A stretch of 64,000 nt of DNA from an uncultured Candidatus Pelagibacter sp. (GTDB taxonomy: Bacteria > Pseudomonadota > Alphaproteobacteria > Pelagibacterales > Pelagibacteraceae): contig CAJQTI010000046.1 of NCBI GenBank assembly GCA_905618915.1, positions 7,441 to 71,440 of the forward strand, written 5' to 3'. Numbering within the stretch: position 1 is the first letter of the stretch; every line of letters starts with the position of its first letter. A program made the position numbers and the translations under genes. Positions 58,448-64,000 of this stretch are shown one piece after another. Under the pieces are notes generated by a model. The model was not told where the DNA came from. It ran no database searches and was given only the letters and a program-made list of their open reading frames with translations.

Positions 58448-59209
58448 CTAAAAATTGCTGATAATCCTAAAAAACCCAAATATTGAGATGAATATAAGAA
58501 AGTAAAAAACTACTTTTCTATAAGTCTCCTCTTTACTTTTAACAAAAAATTTATCACCAAAATAAACACCTATTGGTAAAATAATAATCAGTGGAACGGT
58601 TCTATAAATAGTTGTGACATCTACAATTCCAGCAAAAAAACTAAGAGTAAAAGCATAAATATCTGTTAAGAAAAATAATGCTGCTAATGAACCTCTAATT
58701 ATCGCAGGTTGAATACTTGTAACTAATAAGAATAGTGCAACAGGCATTCCTCCTAAAGTAGTTAATCCATTTAATATTCCGGAAATTATTCCTGTAAAGA
58801 ATTTTCCATAATTGTTATTAATCTTTTGATTTATGTAGCCTCTCATTAATAAAAATGAAAAAAATATGATTATTACACAGACAGATAGATGTGTGACGTC
58901 AGGGGTTAGATATTTTAATAGATAAATACCAACAGGAGAGCCAATAATTATTCCAAATAATAGTTTTACAACAAAATTCCAATCTATTTTGTTCCATATA
59001 TATGGAACCATAAAAATACTAATAATGACCTCAAGTATTAGGATAATTGGAACTATTTCTATCGCTGGAAGAATAAAAGAAAAACCTGAGATGCATGTTG
59101 CTGAAAAGCCAAAGCCATTAAACCCTCTTATAATAGATGCAATAAATACGGTAAATATTACAAAATAAATTTCGACTAAGCTGAGTTGAAAATAAGCTAG
59201 TAAATCCAT
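58448..59209 (-). CDS. TauE/SafE-family membrane protein
   Basis: IRGFNGFGFS, GIISGILNG..GGMP; eight TM segments. Confidence 0.82.
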   Translation of the reverse strand: MDLLAYFQLSLVEIYFVIFTVFIASIIRGFNGFGFSATCISGFSFILPAIEIVPIILILEVIISIFMVPYIWNKIDWNFVVKLLFGIIIGSPVGIYLLKYLTPDVTHLSVCVIIIFFSFLLMRGYINQKINNNYGKFFTGIISGILNGLTTLGGMPVALFLLVTSIQPAIIRGSLAALFFLTDIYAFTLSFFAGIVDVTTIYRTVPLIIILPIGVYFGDKFFVKSKEETYRKVVFYFLIFISIFGFFRIISNF

Positions 59210-59210
59210 C

Positions 59211-60374
59211 TTACTTTCTCTCTTTAAAATCAGCTCTTAATGTTGACAAAATAATTAAAACTAAAAATATTATACAAACTAAATTCATTGTTTTCCAACT
59301 TGTTAAGGTTAAGAAAACTCCTGCAGATAAACTTGCAGTTGCTTGAATTGAATAAACTATTAAATCATTAAAACCTTGTGCTTTAAATTTTTCATTTTCT
59401 CTATACGATAGAACTAACAAACTTGTTCCTGATATAAATAAAAAGTTCCAACCAAATCCTAAAAATATTAATGCAATTAAGTAATTAGTAAAATTTTGAT
59501 CAAAGAAACTAGTTAAAACTGTTATTAAAAATAAAAAAACACCAGCATACATTATTTTACTATGTCCAAATTTTCTTATCAAATTACCAGTAACTAATGA
59601 CGGTAAAAACATAGCTGCAATATGAAGTTGAATTACCAATCCTGTTTTAGTTAAACTTATTTTTTCCATTACATGCATACTTATTGGTGTGGCTGTCATT
59701 AAAAATGCCATTACCGCGTAAGCAAATGCAGAAGCAATTAATGCTTGTAAAAATCTTGGTTGAGAAATTAATTCTAAATAACTTCGTGAATTTTCTTTAT
59801 TAACATTATTTGGTTTGTGTCCATCTTTATAAAAATATAAAAAAATTGTTGATGTAAGTGTTAAAGCTGCAAGTACGATGTACGATCCAGCATATAAATG
59901 TTCAGAAATAATTTCTTTTGAAAAATTGGCCGCATTTGGTCCTATAAAGGCTGATCCTATTCCTGCTAATAATATTATTGATATAGCTTTTGGTGCCATA
60001 TCTTTTTTTACTGTTTCAACAGCTGCAAAACGGTATTGATGGCTAAAAGCTACTCCTGCCCCAAGTAAAAAACATGCAAAATTAAATAAAATAAAACTTT
60101 CACTGATTATTGAGTAAGCAGCAAGCAGTGATGACAATGAGCTTCCAATTGAAGAAAAAATAAATCCTGCTCTTCTACCAATTATACTCATAATTTTTGC
60201 TGCAAAAATTGCAAAAATTGCAACACCTACAATTGATAAAGCCATTGGTAGTGTTGCTAAAGATTTTATTGGGCTAAACTGAGAACCAATTATGCCACTT
60301 AAGAAAACTGTAACTGGCGCTGCTGTAAAAGCAAAGATCTGACTTAAAATCAACAACCACAGATTCTTATTCAT
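59211..60374 (-). CDS. MFS transporter
   Basis: IGRRAGF, YRFAAVE, HIAAMFLPS, LGFGWNF; about 12 TM segments. Confidence 0.88.
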   Translation of the reverse strand: MNKNLWLLILSQIFAFTAAPVTVFLSGIIGSQFSPIKSLATLPMALSIVGVAIFAIFAAKIMSIIGRRAGFIFSSIGSSLSSLLAAYSIISESFILFNFACFLLGAGVAFSHQYRFAAVETVKKDMAPKAISIILLAGIGSAFIGPNAANFSKEIISEHLYAGSYIVLAALTLTSTIFLYFYKDGHKPNNVNKENSRSYLELISQPRFLQALIASAFAYAVMAFLMTATPISMHVMEKISLTKTGLVIQLHIAAMFLPSLVTGNLIRKFGHSKIMYAGVFLFLITVLTSFFDQNFTNYLIALIFLGFGWNFLFISGTSLLVLSYRENEKFKAQGFNDLIVYSIQATASLSAGVFLTLTSWKTMNLVCIIFLVLIILSTLRADFKERK

Positions 60375-60442
60375 TAAAAAAAATATTTATCACCGATGTA
60401 CATAGCCCATGCTACTGCAGCTCCAAGTATAATATATTTCAT
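60374..60442 (-). CDS. Candidate 22-aa hydrophobic peptide
   Basis: MKYIILGAAVAWAMYIGDKYFF; starts 7 nt after the livM stop and its stop overlaps the MFS start (TAATG). Confidence 0.45.
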   Translation of the reverse strand: MKYIILGAAVAWAMYIGDKYFF

Positions 60443-60449
60443 AATAACT

Positions 60450-61820
60450 TTATTTTATTTCTATTTTCTCAGGAAGTATACCTTTAGGGCGATACCTCAT
60501 AATTAACAATAAACCCATCCCCATCATTAAATATCTAAAGTAAGGAACACTCTCTGTTAAATGCACTTTTAACTCATGAGTCTCTGGAAGACCCACAGTA
60601 AACAGATTAATCAAGAACAGGGATATCGGTGCAGCCTCAATCCATAGAAACCATACTGCAAATCCACCTAAAATAGCTCCAAAATTATTTCCACTACCAC
60701 CAACAATTACCATTACCCAAATTAAAAAAGTGTACCTCATAGGTCTGTAACTACCAGGTGTGAATAAACCATCTTGAGTGACTAACATTGCACCTGCAAT
60801 ACCAACTATTGCTGATCCTAAAATAAATATTAACAAATGTTGTTTAACAACATTCTTACCCATAGCATTCGCTGCTTCTTCGTTGTCTCTAATAGCTCTC
60901 ATCATTCTTCCCCATGGAGAATAAAGTGCTTTTTGAGTAACTATTAATAAAGCAATAACTACAATTAAGAATAAACCTGAATAACAAAGTTTTACAAAAA
61001 CTGAAGATCCTTCAATTACCAACTGATTAAGTGCAGCTTGTTTATCTGCAATATTGGAAATTAATTCTAATTTACCTGAATTAAATTTTGCAACTAGATT
61101 AATAAACCATTCAGTTGTCTGAAGGTTAACCTCATAAGGTACTGGTCGATCTAATCCAATTACATTTTTAACACCTCTTGCCAACCAATCTTCATGTTTG
61201 ATTATAGCAATAACAATTTCTGAAATAAGTAATGTAGCGATAGCTAGATAGTCAGCACGTAAACCAAGAGCAACCTTACCTACAATAAATGCTAATCCAG
61301 CCGCAAAGAAAGCTCCAACTATCCATGAAAATACTATTGGTAAACCTAAGCCTCCAAGAAATCCTGTTGTTGCTGGGTTTACTGCTTCGATTGCTTCAAT
61401 GCCTGACTCAGAAGTAATTCTTATAATTACAATTCCAGTAATTATAATTCCGGCTATTCCATATGTTCTTATTTTTGATTTCTCAAAATTTTTTAAAATA
61501 AACCGAATAAGAAAAACTATTGCAATTATTAGACATAGACATATTAGAATATCAAATCCACCTGCACTCCATGCTTCTGGAACAGGATCAACCGATATTA
61601 AAACTGCAGCCAACCCTCCTAAGGCTGCATAACCCATAAGACCAAAGTTAATTAAACCAGCATAGCCCCATTGGACATTTGCTCCCATAGTCATAACTGC
61701 TGAAATTAGACACATATTAAAAATTGAAAGAGCAACATTCCATGATTGAAATATTCCAACTAAAATAATTAAACCCATCATTATTGTATAAGCTGCAATT
61801 ATATTTAAATTCTTTCTCAC
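60450..61820 (-). CDS. livM: Branched-chain amino acid-type ABC permease
   Basis: WGYAGLINFG, LRADYLAIATL, RAIRDNE, VGGSGN; GTG start. Confidence 0.85.
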   Translation of the reverse strand: MRKNLNIIAAYTIMMGLIILVGIFQSWNVALSIFNMCLISAVMTMGANVQWGYAGLINFGLMGYAALGGLAAVLISVDPVPEAWSAGGFDILICLCLIIAIVFLIRFILKNFEKSKIRTYGIAGIIITGIVIIRITSESGIEAIEAVNPATTGFLGGLGLPIVFSWIVGAFFAAGLAFIVGKVALGLRADYLAIATLLISEIVIAIIKHEDWLARGVKNVIGLDRPVPYEVNLQTTEWFINLVAKFNSGKLELISNIADKQAALNQLVIEGSSVFVKLCYSGLFLIVVIALLIVTQKALYSPWGRMMRAIRDNEEAANAMGKNVVKQHLLIFILGSAIVGIAGAMLVTQDGLFTPGSYRPMRYTFLIWVMVIVGGSGNNFGAILGGFAVWFLWIEAAPISLFLINLFTVGLPETHELKVHLTESVPYFRYLMMGMGLLLIMRYRPKGILPEKIEIK

Positions 61821-62827
61821 AGTACTTTCCCTTTAAATATTCCATTGGGTCTATAGAGCAAAACAATCACCAATATAGAAAATGATACTGCAAATTTATA
61901 ATCAGTTGATAATAATTGTACTAACGTTTCTGGCTCCATACTTTCTGGTAAAATATACATAAAAAATTTCTTATATGCGTAAGTAATAAATATCTCTGAA
62001 AAAGCTATGACATATCCCCCTAAAAATGCTCCAAATGGGTTTCCTATACCACCAACAATTGCTGCAGCAAAAATTGGTAACATATTGTTAAAGTAGGTAA
62101 ATGGCTTGAAGCTTTTATCCAAACCATACAAAGCACCACCAATAGTTGCTAAAATACCAGCAATAATCCATGTAATCATAACTACTCTTTTAGGGTCAAT
62201 TCCTGATAATAGAGCCAAATCTTCATTGTCTGAATAAGCACGCATACTTTTTCCTGTTTTAGTTTTGTTTAAAAACCAAAATAAAATTGAAACTAATATA
62301 AGTGTTACAAATACAGTAATTGCCTGACTAGATTTAATTGCTAAACCCTCATTAAGTCCTGTCATTTCTTTAAACTCACCTGCTTTGATAATAAATTTTT
62401 CTCCATCAAAGAATCTTCTGTCAGCAGGACCAATTATTATTCTTACAACAGCTTGTGTTACGAACATTACACCTATACTTACCATTGCAAGTTGAACTGG
62501 TGGACTTTTACTTACCCTGTAATACCTAAATACAAATTTATCTATAAAGAGCATGTAACCAATCATAAAAATTATTGCAAAAGGTATCGCAAGAAGAGCT
62601 GTTGGTAAAACTCCTAGAGAAATACCAATCGATTGAAAATACCAAGTAATTAAAATGGTCACCATTGTTCCAAATGCCATCATGTCTCCGGTTGCAAAGT
62701 TTGCAAATCTTAAGATCCCATAAATTAAAGTTACAAAAATCGCACCGAGTGCTAATTGTGAACCATAAGTTAAAGCTGGAACAAAAATATAATTTAACAG
62801 TAATATTATTGCATTTAAAAAATCCAT
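61817..62827 (-). CDS. livH: Branched-chain amino acid-type ABC permease
   Basis: LIYGILRFANFA.GD, GKSMRAYSDN, VGGIGN. Confidence 0.85.
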   Translation of the reverse strand: MDFLNAIILLLNYIFVPALTYGSQLALGAIFVTLIYGILRFANFATGDMMAFGTMVTILITWYFQSIGISLGVLPTALLAIPFAIIFMIGYMLFIDKFVFRYYRVSKSPPVQLAMVSIGVMFVTQAVVRIIIGPADRRFFDGEKFIIKAGEFKEMTGLNEGLAIKSSQAITVFVTLILVSILFWFLNKTKTGKSMRAYSDNEDLALLSGIDPKRVVMITWIIAGILATIGGALYGLDKSFKPFTYFNNMLPIFAAAIVGGIGNPFGAFLGGYVIAFSEIFITYAYKKFFMYILPESMEPETLVQLLSTDYKFAVSFSILVIVLLYRPNGIFKGKVL

Positions 62828-62828
62828 A

Positions 62829-63536
62829 CTATCCTCCTAAAAATGAGCTTCTTACTCTTGGATCATTTAATAACTCTTTTCCAGTACCTGCATACTTATT
62901 TTCTCCAGTAACCAATACATATCCACGATCAGAAATATTCAATGCTTGCTTAGCATTTTGTTCAACCATTAAAATAGCAACATTTGTTCTTTTAACTTTA
63001 ATGATATGATCAAATAATTCATCCATCACTATTGGAGATACACCTGCCGTAGGTTCGTCTAACATTAATACTGATGGTTTAATCATTAGAGCTCTTCCAA
63101 GAGCAACTTGTTGTCTTTGACCACCAGATAATTCACCAACTAACTGATTTCTTTTTTCTCTTAATATTGGAAAGAGTTCATAAATTTCTTCTATAACATT
63201 TTGATAGTTATCATCTCTCAGATAAGCTCCCATTTCTAAATTTTCTTCAACTGTCATTCCTGCAAAAACATTTTTTGTTTGTGGTACAAATGAAATACCT
63301 TGTCTAACTCTATCCTGTGGTGAAAGTTTTGAAATGTCCTTTCCATCAATAACTACAGCTCCTGATTTTAAATTTATAAGACCAAGTAATGCTTTCATGG
63401 CAGTAGATTTACCGGCACCATTAGGTCCTAGAATTGATACTATCTCCCCTCTATTTACATCAACAGAACAAGAGTTAATAATATCTGGGCCAGTGCCGTA
63501 TCCACCAGTCATTTTTACACCTTCAAAAAAAGCCAT
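62829..63536 (-). CDS. livF: Branched-chain amino acid-type ABC ATPase
   Basis: GPNGAGKST, LSGGQRQ, LDEPTAG, VEQNA. Confidence 0.9.
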   Translation of the reverse strand: MAFFEGVKMTGGYGTGPDIINSCSVDVNRGEIVSILGPNGAGKSTAMKALLGLINLKSGAVVIDGKDISKLSPQDRVRQGISFVPQTKNVFAGMTVEENLEMGAYLRDDNYQNVIEEIYELFPILREKRNQLVGELSGGQRQQVALGRALMIKPSVLMLDEPTAGVSPIVMDELFDHIIKVKRTNVAILMVEQNAKQALNISDRGYVLVTGENKYAGTGKELLNDPRVRSSFLGG

Positions 63537-64000
63537 TAATTTTCATCCTTAATTTTAGATCCTCTGCCCAAATAGCTATCAATAACCTTTTCGTCTTTCT
63601 TAGCCTCTTCAGCAGTTCCTTCAAATAAAACAGATCCTTCTGCCATAACGATAACAGGGTCACATAATCTACTTATAAATTCCATATCATGTTCAATCAT
63701 ACAGAATGTATACCCTTCCTCTTTATTTAACTTCATAATCGCAGTTCCAAGATCTTTAAGTAATGTTCTATTAACACCAGCACCTACTTCATCAAGTAAT
63801 ACAAGTTTAGCATCCACCATCATGGTTCTTCCAAGTTCTAATAGTTTTTTCTGTCCACCTGATAAATTTCCAGCTAATTCATTTGACAAATGTGTGAGAT
63901 TTAAAAAATCTACAACATCTTGAGCTTTTTGTTTAACTACAAGCTCTTCAGTTCTGACTAAACTTGGCTTTAATAATGCTGTCATTAGTTTCTCACCTGA
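63536..64000 (-). CDS. livG: Branched-chain amino acid-type ABC ATPase, 5'-truncated by the window edge
   Basis: LSGGQKKLLE, LDEVGAGVN, IEHDM, YLG; frame stays open to the window end. Confidence 0.88.
   Translation of the reverse strand, partial: SGEKLMTALLKPSLVRTEELVVKQKAQDVVDFLNLTHLSNELAGNLSGGQKKLLELGRTMMVDAKLVLLDEVGAGVNRTLLKDLGTAIMKLNKEEGYTFCMIEHDMEFISRLCDPVIVMAEGSVLFEGTAEEAKKDEKVIDSYLGRGSKIKDEN

Noticed and set aside
2479-63552. Many 60-126 aa ORFs overlapping larger genes (e.g. 3253, 6741, 13733, 44355, 44865, 48444, 62665)
   Set aside because: They lie antisense or off-frame within well-supported CDSs and have no recognisable motifs.
1-64000. CRISPR arrays, tRNA/rRNA, IS elements, prophage, defence systems
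   Set aside because: No repeat-spacer pattern, cloverleaf, transposase, integrase or nuclease motifs were seen, and intergenic gaps are mostly under 200 nt.

Overview
Low-GC (roughly 30%), densely packed alphaproteobacterial DNA. Gene content and style fit Candidatus Pelagibacter (SAR11); this assignment is inferred, not tested by a search. I recognised no rRNA, tRNA, CRISPR array, integrase or transposase. 1-22.4 kb is a methylated-amine catabolic region: tmm (partial), the TMAO transporter tmoXWV and tdm, followed by two different GS-like + mgsABC-like modules flanking a divergent Amt channel. 22.4-37.4 kb holds mostly housekeeping genes (photolyase, zapE, bamB-like, acnA, csaA, argE, an aldehyde dehydrogenase, a ureohydrolase). 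37.6-42 kb is an uncharacterised operon: Rieske oxygenase, glyoxalase, cupin, a third GS-like ligase and a hydrolase. 45.6-52 kb carries a PotABCD-like transporter with doeA/eutA. 52.2-57.1 kb is a trigonelline-catabolism-like (tgnB/F/D/C) operon behind a long, possibly structured leader. The window ends in a Liv-type ABC transporter. The best candidates for undescribed biology are: (1) the first GS + MgsABC paralog module beside tdm, possibly a glutamylation route for dimethylamine, since no DMA monooxygenase is in the window; (2) the Rieske + GS-like operon; (3) the tgn-like operon and its leader. All family calls come from motif recognition and recall; no alignments or searches were run.
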